Assembly (NCBI GenBank): GCA_043821365.1
Contig: JBDRCX010000003.1
Location: 61,727-125,726, forward strand
Reading direction: 5' to 3'
Length of the DNA: 64,000 nucleotides
DNA from: Candidatus Micrarchaeota archaeon
GTDB lineage: Archaea; Micrarchaeota; Micrarchaeia; Anstonellales; Bilamarchaeaceae
The notes beneath the pieces are model-generated. The model did no database searches. It was not told the DNA's origin and saw only the letters and a list, made by a program, of their open reading frames with translations. This document shows, piece by piece, positions 1-9,848 of this stretch. The stretch's first letter is position 1; every line of letters starts with the position of its first letter. A program made the translations under genes and the position numbers.

Positions 1-147
1 TGTCATAAAATTTATTCTATCAGTTTGATTTTGAATATTTTTGCTTGTTTCTTTAGCTGATCCCATTAGTTGGTTTGCTGCAATTGCAACAACTGCCAGA
101 ACAACAACAATCAAAATCAACATTTCAGCTGATAACTGTCCTTTCAT
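1..147 (-). CDS. Class III signal peptide protein (type IV pilin/archaellin-like), runs off the window edge
   Basis: Manual translation (not in ORF track): MKGQLSAEMLILIVVVLAVVAIAANQLMGS...; KGQ cleavage motif, +5 Glu, hydrophobic helix; GGGGATAGGT upstream of the ATG. Confidence 0.85.
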   Translation of the reverse strand, partial: MKGQLSAEMLILIVVVLAVVAIAANQLMGSAKETSKNIQNQTDRINFMT

Positions 148-170
148 ACCTATCCCCTTCGAATAGAATA

Positions 171-229
171 AACAAGCTGGCGAGAGGTGTGGGGACAGTT
201 ATGTCCGATCTGTTCCCGCCAAGCCTGCC
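171..229 (-). other. GC-rich long hairpin upstream of the pilin gene (candidate structured RNA)
   Basis: Minus strand GGCAGGCTTGGCGGGA...TCTCGCCAGCTTGTT gives about 15 bp with four G-U pairs and one bulge, plus an inner ACAG/CTGT stem. Confidence 0.4.
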
Positions 230-405
230 CATTCCATCCCCTAATAAGAGCATAAAATTTGATTATTTATATTTTTTGTAATTTTTTATATGTTAATCCA
301 CACCAAATCAATCTATTTATTGTTATTTCCCACTTAACTATCTTCATTTTCCATCAGTTTAAGCATTTCCTTCACAATTAAATAATTTCTTTACTTGAAA
401 TAAAC

Positions 406-819
406 ATGAAATCAAAAACAGTGTATCTAACTTTTAAAACTGATAAAAAAATAGATATAATCAGAATAACTGACAAAATCAACCAGGCAATAACTGAGAG
501 TGAAGTAAAAGAAGGACTTGTTTTGATAAATCCAATGCACATAACTGCAGCAGTGATAGTAAATGATAATGAATCTGGATTACATAGCGATTATTTGAAA
601 GTTTTAGAAAGATTAGTTCCCTACAAAGAAGATTATCGCCATAATGATACTGGTGAAGATAATGCTGCTGCTCATATATGGCGCCAGTTAATCGGTCACC
701 AGGTGGTGATGCCAATAACAAACGGAAGATTAGATCTTGGAACTTGGGAACAAATTTTTTATTTTGAATTTGATGGCCAAAGAAGCAAGAGAGTATTGGT
801 AAAAGTTATGGGTGATTAG
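406..819 (+). CDS. yjbQ: YjbQ/UPF0047 family protein (secondary thiamine-phosphate synthase-like)
   Basis: [24 protein letters not shown] and [14 protein letters not shown] motifs. Confidence 0.9.
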   Translation: MKSKTVYLTFKTDKKIDIIRITDKINQAITESEVKEGLVLINPMHITAAVIVNDNESGLHSDYLKVLERLVPYKEDYRHNDTGEDNAAAHIWRQLIGHQVVMPITNGRLDLGTWEQIFYFEFDGQRSKRVLVKVMGD

Positions 820-1583
820 TAGGGTTCTTCGAGTGGTTCTGCTTTTGTTAAATTTGCCTTCCATCCATTTTTCTTCAACCATCTTCTCTTTTCCTTGTGA
901 TCTGGTATTATCTTTTCTACAAGTCCCCAGAATCGTGGGCCGTGACTCAAATATTTAGTGTGTGCAAGTTCGTGTACTATCACATACTCTAAAATATCTG
1001 ATGGCATTAGGAGTAAACGAAAATTAAGTGTAATTCCTCCATGAGTAGAACAACTTCCCCATCTACTAACAGAATCTTTTATTTTCACGCTGGATATTTT
1101 TGATTGAAAATATTTCTGATTTAGTGTGTTTATTTTATCCATAAGTTCTGGCATTACTACTTCTGATATTTTTTTCATTACTAATTTTGATGTGGTATTT
1201 TTGTCTGTATTATCACCTGCATAGACTTCTACTTTCCTTCCAGTTATTCTCACTCTGGATCTTCTGGATTCTATAAAGCACATTTGAAACTCATTACCCA
1301 AAACAATAATTGTTTCTCCATCTTCGAACTCCAACCGTTTTCCAATATCAACATTCCATCTTCCATTTTCTATTGATCTTATCGCTCTTTTTCTAAGATT
1401 CGATTTTATCTTTTCTCGTTCGTGAACAGGCCATCTTGACGGGAGACTTATTATTATGGTATTATCCCTAAGTCGTGCTGTAGCATTTTTATTATTGCAA
1501 ACTACTTCTTGCACTGTAAAAATCTTCCCATTAATTTCTATTGCTTCCACAAAATTTCTAATAAAAGAAACTATTTTAATCAT
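816..1583 (-). CDS. M48/YgjP (DUF45) family metal-dependent hydrolase
   Basis: SRWGSCS...LNFRLL...YVIVHELAH...HGPRFW signature with HExxH. Confidence 0.88.
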   Translation of the reverse strand: MIKIVSFIRNFVEAIEINGKIFTVQEVVCNNKNATARLRDNTIIISLPSRWPVHEREKIKSNLRKRAIRSIENGRWNVDIGKRLEFEDGETIIVLGNEFQMCFIESRRSRVRITGRKVEVYAGDNTDKNTTSKLVMKKISEVVMPELMDKINTLNQKYFQSKISSVKIKDSVSRWGSCSTHGGITLNFRLLLMPSDILEYVIVHELAHTKYLSHGPRFWGLVEKIIPDHKEKRRWLKKNGWKANLTKAEPLEEPY

Positions 1584-1619
1584 AAGGTACTTATCAGTCT
1601 ATCCCATGCAGAGGTTTAT

Positions 1620-2783
1620 ATGTGTCCATTCCATGCTATAAGAAAAAATGAAGGGCTTAGGCGCCTTTTATTTATAAATTTTCTATACAGTTTCATGGTG
1701 GCAGCTTTGACTGTTCTGGTTCCTCTTTATCTTATAGAAAATAATGTTGATCTTGCACATATTGGTCTGCTACTTGCCATAGCACCACTTACTTTCATGA
1801 TTGTTCGCATTAATTTTGCTAGTTTTGCTGATGAACTAGGTACAAAAATAATAGATATAATATATTCCTTATCAAGTTTCTTCTCAATTCTCCTCTATCT
1901 TGTTGCATCAAATACTCTTTTACTTGCACTTGCAATTTTCGGAGAGAGTATACGAAATTCTGCTTTCTGGGCAGTAGTAAGAACTGAGATAATTTATGAT
2001 ACTGGGAATCCTCAGGGTGCACTTGCATTCTTCTCAGGTGTACGTCAATTTGCTGATGCACTTGGAAGAGTTTCAATTGGGTTTATACTTGCTTTTTTTG
2101 CTTTTCAAAATTCATTTCTATTACTTTCATTAATCTCTCTAGTAATGCTTTATCTTGCACTGAAATCTACTAACGACAATCACAGACCATTACAATCAGT
2201 GAACTATCGCCAGGATGTTTTAAGCAAAATAACAAAAAAACATCCAAAAACATTCTGGCAGGCATCTTTACTTCTTGGTCTAGTTGTGCTGCCAACAAAT
2301 ATGCTTCTAGGCTATTTAATTCCTGTTTATACCCGTTCTAATCTTGGTTTTGATTATGGGCAAATTGGTACACTTGTTGCACTTTTTTCATTTGTGTCAG
2401 CTGCAGTTTCAATTCTTTCGATTAGGTGGAAAATAAACATAAACTGGTTACTTCTTGTAATACTATTTACTGCTCCATTGTTGGTGTTTTTCCAATTCTT
2501 CGGGACTCTTGTTGTTATCCCGGTAATACTTGCGGCAATAGGGGCTGGATGTGGCAACCTAGTCTATGAACACATACTTCTTGATCAGATCTACAGAAGT
2601 AAATCAGTTTCTACTGATATTGGAGTTATTAATGTACCATTAAAACTTATGGAAATAATCTTCCTATCTATGAGTGGTTTTGTTATTGCAGCATTTGGTT
2701 ATACCCCATTATTTGTTATTTTGTCTATGAGTGCATTGCTATTTGTTGTATTTTGTAGAAGTTTCCTTAAACTCCACCACTAA
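1620..2783 (+). CDS. MFS transporter
   Basis: About 12 hydrophobic segments, ADELGTK loop motif; start moved to in-frame ATG 1620 to avoid overlap with the upstream gene. Confidence 0.75.
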   Translation: MCPFHAIRKNEGLRRLLFINFLYSFMVAALTVLVPLYLIENNVDLAHIGLLLAIAPLTFMIVRINFASFADELGTKIIDIIYSLSSFFSILLYLVASNTLLLALAIFGESIRNSAFWAVVRTEIIYDTGNPQGALAFFSGVRQFADALGRVSIGFILAFFAFQNSFLLLSLISLVMLYLALKSTNDNHRPLQSVNYRQDVLSKITKKHPKTFWQASLLLGLVVLPTNMLLGYLIPVYTRSNLGFDYGQIGTLVALFSFVSAAVSILSIRWKININWLLLVILFTAPLLVFFQFFGTLVVIPVILAAIGAGCGNLVYEHILLDQIYRSKSVSTDIGVINVPLKLMEIIFLSMSGFVIAAFGYTPLFVILSMSALLFVVFCRSFLKLHH

Positions 2784-2823
2784 TTTATGAAAAATATTTA
2801 AAGATAGCTATCTAATACAAATT

Positions 2824-3204
2824 GTGAAAATTCCACAATCAGCAATAACCATAGGTATTTTGCTTGTAGTTCTAGTTGTAAGTTACATGCTACTTAGCTC
2901 TGCACCCAAAGGACATTATCCGAATTTTGCAAGCTGTCTAACAGAAAAAGGTGTAAAATTCTATGGTGCTTTTTGGTGTACTCACTGTGAGGAGCAAAAG
3001 ACACTCTTTGGTGATAGTTGGAGTCTTATTAATTATACAGAATGTTCTACTCCTGATGGAAGCGGTCAAACTCAAGTATGCAAAGATGCAGGTATTAAGT
3101 CATACCCAACATGGGAATTCTCTGATGGAAGCAGACGTGTTGGGGCATTACCTCTGGAAGAACTAAGTAATAAAACTGGCTGTGCTATTGATCCACAAGA
3201 ATAA
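2824..3204 (+). CDS. Membrane-anchored thioredoxin-fold protein
   Basis: N-terminal TM helix, FYGAFWCTHC CxxC, YPTW cis-Pro motif. Confidence 0.8.
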   Translation: MKIPQSAITIGILLVVLVVSYMLLSSAPKGHYPNFASCLTEKGVKFYGAFWCTHCEEQKTLFGDSWSLINYTECSTPDGSGQTQVCKDAGIKSYPTWEFSDGSRRVGALPLEELSNKTGCAIDPQE

Positions 3205-3240
3205 AGTCTTATTCTTAAAAGCTGTAAGTGTAATGGGATT

Positions 3241-4620
3241 ATGAAATTAACATTTAACGGAGCAGCCCAGATGGTTACTGGATCCTGTTATCTGTTGGAA
3301 GCAGCAGGACAAAAGATACTAATTGATTGTGGTATGTTCCAAGGTACCAAAGACATAACACGATTGAATTACGAACCATTCAGATTCAATCCAAAAGAAA
3401 TTTCTTATCTATTACTTACGCATGCACATATAGATCATTCAGGTCTTATTCCAAAACTAGTCAAAGAGGGGTTTAGAGGTAAAATAATTGCAACACCACC
3501 CACGGTTGATCTTGCAAAAATTATGTTGGAAGATTCAGCTCATGTTAATGAAGATGATACATTTTTAGAAAATAAAAGACGTCTTAGGTTGGGTCTTGCA
3601 CCAAGAAATCCATTATACACTCTTGATGATGTAAATACAGCATCAAATCTTTTCAAATCTCTTGGTTATGATAAATCTTATACAATAAATAAAACATTCC
3701 GAATGATCTTTCGAAATGCTGGACATATATTTGGATCTGCCATAATAGAACTCTGGGTTACTGAAAATAACAAAACAACAAAAATTGTGTTCTCTGGTGA
3801 TCTTGGTCAATGGAATACTCCAATTGTTAGTAATCCAACTCTAATTGAAGAAGCTGATTTTGTACTTGTAGAATCAACCTATGGAGACAGAACTCATGGG
3901 GTATCTGGTATACGCGGTGATCTTCTATTGAATGTGGTTAAGGAAACATTCAATTCCAATGGCAAATTAATGATTCCTTCTTTTGCAGTTGAAAGAACCC
4001 AAGAACTACTCTTCTATCTTCATCAGGAAATTCGTGATGGTAAATTTCCATCTCAAAAAATATTCCTCGATAGTCCTTTGGCCATAGCAGTTACTGAAAT
4101 TTTCAAAAAACACTTGAGTTATGCTTCACCTGAATTAAAAAAAGAGTTTTCAAATCCATTTTCCTTCAAGCAATTACAATATCTAAAAACTGCAAAGGAA
4201 TCTCGTAGGATGAATGATTATGGTCAGCCGTGTATTATAATTGCCGGAAGTGGGATGTGTACTGCCGGAAGAATAAGACATCATCTCAAACACAATCTTT
4301 GGAACTCTAAAAACACTCTTCTTTTTGTTGGTTATCAAGCAGAAGGAACGTTAGGGCGTGTAATTCTTGACGGTGCAGAAGTTGTGAGGATGATGGGGAT
4401 TGAGGTTGCAGTAGAAGCAAAAGTAAAAAAAATCGATAGTTTTTCTTCTCATGCAGATGCAACAGAACTTGTCAAGTGGGTTGGTGGTTTCAAAAACAAT
4501 CCAAAAATATTTGTTGTTCATGGTGAAGTTGCATCTACCCAAGCACTTAGTACTAATCTGAAAAATAAAGGATTTAGAACTCACATTCCCAAATTTGGTA
4601 GCACAGTTGAACTCAAATAA
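3241..4620 (+). CDS. Metallo-beta-lactamase/beta-CASP ribonuclease
   Basis: LTHAHIDHSG, AGHIFGS, SGDLG, ESTYG and FSSHAD motifs. Confidence 0.9.
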   Translation: MKLTFNGAAQMVTGSCYLLEAAGQKILIDCGMFQGTKDITRLNYEPFRFNPKEISYLLLTHAHIDHSGLIPKLVKEGFRGKIIATPPTVDLAKIMLEDSAHVNEDDTFLENKRRLRLGLAPRNPLYTLDDVNTASNLFKSLGYDKSYTINKTFRMIFRNAGHIFGSAIIELWVTENNKTTKIVFSGDLGQWNTPIVSNPTLIEEADFVLVESTYGDRTHGVSGIRGDLLLNVVKETFNSNGKLMIPSFAVERTQELLFYLHQEIRDGKFPSQKIFLDSPLAIAVTEIFKKHLSYASPELKKEFSNPFSFKQLQYLKTAKESRRMNDYGQPCIIIAGSGMCTAGRIRHHLKHNLWNSKNTLLFVGYQAEGTLGRVILDGAEVVRMMGIEVAVEAKVKKIDSFSSHADATELVKWVGGFKNNPKIFVVHGEVASTQALSTNLKNKGFRTHIPKFGSTVELK

Positions 4621-4642
4621 TCCGAGTTTTGGACAAAATAAC

Positions 4643-5833
4643 CTACCTTATCAATTCCAATTCTTTTCCAATTATTGTTATTTTATCAATTGCAAATTCC
4701 AAATCTTCTTTTGAATGATCTGCAGATATCATAGTCCTTATTCTTGCCTTTCCTTTTGCAACCATCGGGAAAACAATTGGTAATGCGTAAACTCCTTCTT
4801 CCCAGAGTCTCTGACTCATTTTCGATGCTTTGCCTTCGTCATAGGTCATCACTGGCGTAATTGGAGTTTCGCTTATTCCGGTATCAAAACCAAGTTCCTT
4901 GAGTCTTTTCTTGAACATTTTGGTGTTTCTCCAGAGTTTTTTAACAAGTTTATCGCTTTTTTCCAAAAGTTCAAGCGCAGCAATGCTTGCTGCAACTGTT
5001 GCAGGAGGGTGAGAACCAGTTAATAGCCAGGTTCTTGATTTGTTTAATAGGTAATTTTTCATTGTTTTAGTACCTGCGATGTAGCCTCCCATAGTTCCAA
5101 ATCCTTTTGAGAAAGTTCCCATGTCCATATCCACTTTTCCTTCAACTTTGAAATGGTTGACTATCCCTCTGCCATTTTCACCAAGCACTCCGTCACCATG
5201 TGCATCATCTACGTAGACACATGCGCCATATTGCTCTGTTAATTTCACTATTTGGTCTAATGGTGCAATGTCCCCATCCATGGAGAAAACACCATCAGTA
5301 ATTACTACAATTCTTTTTGGGTTTTTAGCTTGTGCTTCTTTTAATCGTGTTTCTAATTCTCCCATGTCTCTGTGTTTGAAAATCATTCTTTCTGCTTTAG
5401 TTAATCTTACACCATCAATAATTGATCCATGATTCAATTCATCAGAAATGACAATATCTCCTTCTCTTAGTAATGCAGGTATTGCACCACTATTTGCAGT
5501 AAAACCAGAATTGTAATATAATGCATCTTCAGTATGCTTGAACTTTGCAATTGTTTCTTCTAATTTTATATGGAGATCCATGCTTCCTGCTATTGGTCTT
5601 ACACTTCCTGAACCTGCACCATATTTTCTTATTGCTTCAATTGCAGCTTTTTTTAGTAATCTGTTAGTTGAAAGACCAAGATAATTATTTGAACAAAGCA
5701 TCACAACATCTCTACCTGCTATTTTGGATTTTGCAGATGATGGTCCTTCTAATGTTTTTGGATTCCAAAGTAAATTTTTTTGTTCCAAGACTTCTAATTC
5801 TGCTCTTAAATCATTTTGAAGTTGTTCGTTCAT
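4643..5833 (-). CDS. kbl: Glycine C-acetyltransferase (2-amino-3-ketobutyrate CoA ligase), PLP-dependent
   Basis: CSNNYLGL, SDELNHGSIIDG, DDAHG and GTFSKGFG motifs; divergent from tdh; ATG 5833 follows GGTG. Confidence 0.85.
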   Translation of the reverse strand: MNEQLQNDLRAELEVLEQKNLLWNPKTLEGPSSAKSKIAGRDVVMLCSNNYLGLSTNRLLKKAAIEAIRKYGAGSGSVRPIAGSMDLHIKLEETIAKFKHTEDALYYNSGFTANSGAIPALLREGDIVISDELNHGSIIDGVRLTKAERMIFKHRDMGELETRLKEAQAKNPKRIVVITDGVFSMDGDIAPLDQIVKLTEQYGACVYVDDAHGDGVLGENGRGIVNHFKVEGKVDMDMGTFSKGFGTMGGYIAGTKTMKNYLLNKSRTWLLTGSHPPATVAASIAALELLEKSDKLVKKLWRNTKMFKKRLKELGFDTGISETPITPVMTYDEGKASKMSQRLWEEGVYALPIVFPMVAKGKARIRTMISADHSKEDLEFAIDKITIIGKELELIR

Positions 5834-5901
5834 AGAAAACACCGAGAGGAACTCTTAGATAAAATATTAAAAGCTACACCCAATTCTATATATTCTGTCC
5901 C

Positions 5902-5943
5902 AAATTCGTTTATAGTCGAATTTTCATGCGTCAGTTTGCATGA
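5902..5943. promoter_or_regulatory. Two adjacent palindromes in the kbl/tdh divergent promoter
   Basis: AAATTCG-N8-CGAATTT (5902-5923) around a TTTATA box, then TCATGC-N8-GCATGA (5924-5943). Confidence 0.4.
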
Positions 5944-5988
5944 TTTTAAATGCTTTTTGTGCTATCTCTTAACAACCGAGGCGAAACT

Positions 5989-6912
5989 ATGAAAATTTTA
6001 GTAACCGGAGCTGCAGGACAGATCGGGTCTGAGCTCTTGCCAACACTTAGTAAAAAATATGGTGAGGATAATGTCATTTCGCTTGATCTAAGACCATTAG
6101 ATAGCAAACATCATGAAGTTGGAGATGCTACTGATAAATCATTTTTAGAATCTATTATCAAAAAATACAGCATAACAGAGATCTACCACCTAGTTGGTAT
6201 ATTATCTGCAAAAGGCGAACAAAACCCAGATCTTGCCTACAATGTAAATATGAATTCACTAAAAAACATTTTAGATATTGCAAAAGAATTGAAGATGAAA
6301 ATATTCTGGCCAAGTTCTATTGCTGCATTTGGACCCACCACTCCAAAGGATAATACTCCTCAAAGGACAGTGCTTGAACCTGGTACTATGTATGGTATCA
6401 CAAAAGTTGCAGGCGAACTTTTAGCAAGTTATTATTTTCACAAATATGGAGTTGATGTAAGAAGCCTTCGTTATCCCGGAGTAATTGGGTGGAAAGCACC
6501 ACCTGGGGGCGGAACAACTGATTATGCGGTGAATATTTTCCACGAAGCATTAAAAGAAAAGAAATTTTCTTGTTTTTTAAAACCAGGAACCTACTTGCCA
6601 ATGATGCATATAGAAGATGCTGTGCGTGCTACCATTGAACTTATGGGAGCAGATGGTTCTAAACTTTCTGTTAGGACAAGTTATAATATTTCTGCAATAA
6701 GCTTTTCTCCTGATGAGGTTGCTGCAGAGATCAAAAAACACATTCCAGAATTTGAAATTACCTATGCTCCTGATTTCAGACAACAAATAGCAGAATCATG
6801 GCCAAATTCAATTGATGATTCTTCAGCAAGAAAAGATTGGAACTGGAAGCATCATTATGATCTTCCGAAATTAGTTGAAAACATGATAACTAATTTGAAA
6901 GGTCATAGGTAG
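5989..6912 (+). CDS. tdh: L-threonine 3-dehydrogenase, SDR (NAD-dependent epimerase-like) type
   Basis: GAAGQIG, SSIAAFG, MYGITK, LRYPG, GGGTTDYAV and IAESWP motifs; paired with kbl. Confidence 0.85.
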   Translation: MKILVTGAAGQIGSELLPTLSKKYGEDNVISLDLRPLDSKHHEVGDATDKSFLESIIKKYSITEIYHLVGILSAKGEQNPDLAYNVNMNSLKNILDIAKELKMKIFWPSSIAAFGPTTPKDNTPQRTVLEPGTMYGITKVAGELLASYYFHKYGVDVRSLRYPGVIGWKAPPGGGTTDYAVNIFHEALKEKKFSCFLKPGTYLPMMHIEDAVRATIELMGADGSKLSVRTSYNISAISFSPDEVAAEIKKHIPEFEITYAPDFRQQIAESWPNSIDDSSARKDWNWKHHYDLPKLVENMITNLKGHR

Positions 6913-7333
6913 TTTGTGTTGTTCTTCCACCTTTTTTCTCAATTCCATCATACCAGAAATCATATCTTATTGTTATGTGTAATTTTCCGCCAGCTAATGA
7001 ATTGGAAGAAACCTCATAACAAAGATTCATGGTTTTCTGAGCTCCAGGTGCCAACTGTTCACCAACAAGTCCTCTATAACAATTGGAGTTTATTGGCATG
7101 ACTCTATTTAGTTGGGTACCATTTGCCAATACGATGCTTGCACTTGAAAGAAAGACATTCGTATTCTGTTCACCAGTATTCATAACATCTAATGGAATAG
7201 TTGTCATCTGACCGTTATCTGTCATAGTACTCAAACTCATCTGTATCTTATCATTTTGATTAAAAACTCCACAACATCCAAAAAGTAATACTCCCAGAAT
7301 AAGAATTGCGAATTTTTTGAGTAACATAATCAT
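6890..7333 (-). CDS. Putative lipoprotein with Ig-like/DUF4352-like domain
   Basis: Signal peptide ending LLFGCC, then beta-rich domain (LAPG..TMNLCYEV). Confidence 0.55.
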   Translation of the reverse strand: MIMLLKKFAILILGVLLFGCCGVFNQNDKIQMSLSTMTDNGQMTTIPLDVMNTGEQNTNVFLSSASIVLANGTQLNRVMPINSNCYRGLVGEQLAPGAQKTMNLCYEVSSNSLAGGKLHITIRYDFWYDGIEKKGGRTTQTTYDLSN

Positions 7334-7366
7334 TATCTTTCAGGAAAATTTATATCTTTGTCTGAT

Positions 7367-8389
7367 TTATGCTTTTCTTATCATATTCTCGTATTTTGAG
7401 TCTTTTCTTTTCAAAAGAACAATGTGAGATTGCTGGTCTTCATCAATTATTTCATATTTAGCTAAATGTTCAATAAGTTTTTCACTCCAAGCACGCACAT
7501 ACTCTGGATATGCCATAAAAGGGACTCCCAGTCGTTTTCTTGAAAAACCAAGTGCCATGTAGGATTTTACTTCAACAAAATCAACCTTTGATTTTTCAAT
7601 TAATTCAGCATATTCTGGGAGGTTTTTATCCTCGTCATTAAGGGTTTTTATTAATGTAAGTCTAATTACTCTTCTACAAGGTAATTTTGAAACCAGTTTA
7701 AGTGTTTTGTTTAATCTTTCCCATCCATCTTTGTAGACACTCCTATTTATTTCTTTGAATTTTTTTTCATTAGATGCTGCCAATGAAATGTATAATTGGG
7801 TTGGAAGTGCGTTTTTCTTTTTTAATTCTAATATTCTGTCAGGTTCTTGTCCATTTGTTACTATGAAAATACTTTTCACTTCTTTATTTTCTCTTAGTTG
7901 TTTTACCATCTCTGCTAGTTTTGGATAGATTGTTGGTTCCCCGCTTAATGAAATTGCCCAATGGGATGGAAATCTTTTGAACCCTTCATCAAATTTCTGT
8001 CTATCTGCTCCATCTGCTCCTCCAATACCAGATAATAATCGTTTTCTTTGTTTTACTGTCTCAGCTATAATTAGGTCTGGCTCATCAACTTCAGTTTCAC
8101 TAAATTTTGTTTTCTTCATCCATTCCATTGGTCTCCAGCAGAATGTGCATGCTTCATTACACCAGGCTAATACAGGAGACATTTGTGCACATCTATGACA
8201 GTCAATTCCATAGAATTTTACTTTATAGCATCCCCTATGGCCTTTTATTGATTTTTTATTCCATAAACAGATTTGAACTCCGCTGTGGTTGCCAACTATA
8301 CCATAGTTTTTTTCATATTTCTTTCTAACAGCTTCGTTAAATGTAATTTTACCTTTAGAATAATTATCTTCTATTCTTTTTTCTTTCAT
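7367..8389 (-). CDS. taw1: 4-demethylwyosine synthase Taw1/TYW1 (radical SAM)
   Basis: GCYKVKFYGIDCHRC, CNEACTFCWR (CxxxCxxC), AISLSGEPT, VEVKSYM. Confidence 0.93.
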   Translation of the reverse strand: MKEKRIEDNYSKGKITFNEAVRKKYEKNYGIVGNHSGVQICLWNKKSIKGHRGCYKVKFYGIDCHRCAQMSPVLAWCNEACTFCWRPMEWMKKTKFSETEVDEPDLIIAETVKQRKRLLSGIGGADGADRQKFDEGFKRFPSHWAISLSGEPTIYPKLAEMVKQLRENKEVKSIFIVTNGQEPDRILELKKKNALPTQLYISLAASNEKKFKEINRSVYKDGWERLNKTLKLVSKLPCRRVIRLTLIKTLNDEDKNLPEYAELIEKSKVDFVEVKSYMALGFSRKRLGVPFMAYPEYVRAWSEKLIEHLAKYEIIDEDQQSHIVLLKRKDSKYENMIRKA

Positions 8390-9774
8390 CGTTTCCCTTT
8401 GTATAAATGAATTGCTTTGTCTAATCCATCTTCTGCAGCTTCAGCTAAAGATTCTGACATAGTGGGATGAGTATGTATTGTTATGGCCAAATCCTCTAAG
8501 GTTGCACCCATTTCAATTGCAAGTGCAGCCTCAGCTATTATCCCTTCAGCACCAACTCCAATCACATGAACTCCCTGTACAATTTTGTTTGTGTCTGCTA
8601 CAATTTTTACAAAGCCTTCTGTTTTACCAATTGCCTTTGCTCTGCCTGATGATGTTAATGGCATTTTTCCTATTTTTGGATTTTCAACTTCATTTTCTTT
8701 CAATCCAACTGTTGCTATCTCTGGTTCAGAAAAAACTACAGATGGGATTACAATATTATCATAAGCACTTTTTAGGCCTGCAATGACTTCTGCAGCAACT
8801 TTTCCTTGCCTAAATGCTTTGTGTGCTAATTGCGGTCCAGTAACAACATCCCCAATTGCAAATATTTTTTCATCTGTTGTTTTCATTTTATTATCAACAA
8901 TGATAAGATTATTTCCAACCTTTACTTTTGTTTTATCTAGTCTTAATTCACTATAATCTGGGACTCTCCCCACTGTAATAAGAAGTTTGTCAAACTCTAT
9001 CTGTTTTTCTTCTTTCAGAGTTTTTACTAGTGCCACATTTCCTTCAACCTTTTCTATATTGCTTTCAAAAATAATTTCACAACCAATCTCTTTCATTTTT
9101 TTAGTTAGAACATCACTTATTTCATGATCCATATTTTTCAGAAGTCTTGTTCCTCTGTAAACAACAGTTACTTTAGAACCTAATTTTGCAAATAAACATG
9201 CCATTTCAACTGCAATGTACCCTCCACCAACTACAATTAGGTTTTTTGGCAATTCTTTCAATGAAAAAATATCATCAGAATTTAGTATTTTTTTATGATC
9301 AACTTTCAAATTAGGTAATTCCTTTGTTTTTGTTCCAGTTGCAATTATAGCATTTTTGAATTCAATTTCCCTTAAACCTGATTCTGTTTGAACTGAAAGC
9401 TTATCTGATGATTCAAAAAATGCATTCCCCTTTATTATTTCAATTCCGTTGAGCTTACAGAGTTTTTCTATTCCTTCTCTTAATCTAGCTACTTTTTCAT
9501 CTTTCCAATTTTGCATTTTTTCAAAGTTTAGAGTTAGGTTACTTATAATGCCCATTAGTTCAGCTTTTTCTGCCTCATACTTTACATTTGAAGCATGTAT
9601 CAATGCTTTTGATGGGATGCACCCAACATTTGTACAGCAGCCACCAACCTTATTTTTTTCAATTAGTACAACTTCAAGTCCAAGCTGGGCTGCCCTTATG
9701 GCTGCCGTATACCCACCTGGACCTGCACCAATAACTGCGAGATCCACGCGTGTTGTTAATTCTCCCATAACCAT
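8386..9774 (-). CDS. lpdA: Dihydrolipoamide dehydrogenase (E3)
   Basis: GAGPGGY, GGCCTNVGCIPSK redox disulfide, GGGYIAVE, HTHPTMSE. Confidence 0.95.
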   Translation of the reverse strand: MVMGELTTRVDLAVIGAGPGGYTAAIRAAQLGLEVVLIEKNKVGGCCTNVGCIPSKALIHASNVKYEAEKAELMGIISNLTLNFEKMQNWKDEKVARLREGIEKLCKLNGIEIIKGNAFFESSDKLSVQTESGLREIEFKNAIIATGTKTKELPNLKVDHKKILNSDDIFSLKELPKNLIVVGGGYIAVEMACLFAKLGSKVTVVYRGTRLLKNMDHEISDVLTKKMKEIGCEIIFESNIEKVEGNVALVKTLKEEKQIEFDKLLITVGRVPDYSELRLDKTKVKVGNNLIIVDNKMKTTDEKIFAIGDVVTGPQLAHKAFRQGKVAAEVIAGLKSAYDNIVIPSVVFSEPEIATVGLKENEVENPKIGKMPLTSSGRAKAIGKTEGFVKIVADTNKIVQGVHVIGVGAEGIIAEAALAIEMGATLEDLAITIHTHPTMSESLAEAAEDGLDKAIHLYKGKR

Positions 9775-9848
9775 TTTTGTTCACCTGCACTTTTTTGGAA
9801 AAAAAGCGCCCAAAAAACTTTTGTTTAACTTGAAGTATTGAGTCCTTT

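Noticed and set aside
178-221. tRNA-like acceptor stem (GGCGGGA/TCTCGCC-A)
   Set aside because: Only about 29 nt between the strands, with no D, anticodon or T arms; kept only as a hairpin
75-281. 68-aa plus-strand ORF
   Set aside because: Shadow of the minus-strand pilin gene, which has a clear class III signal peptide
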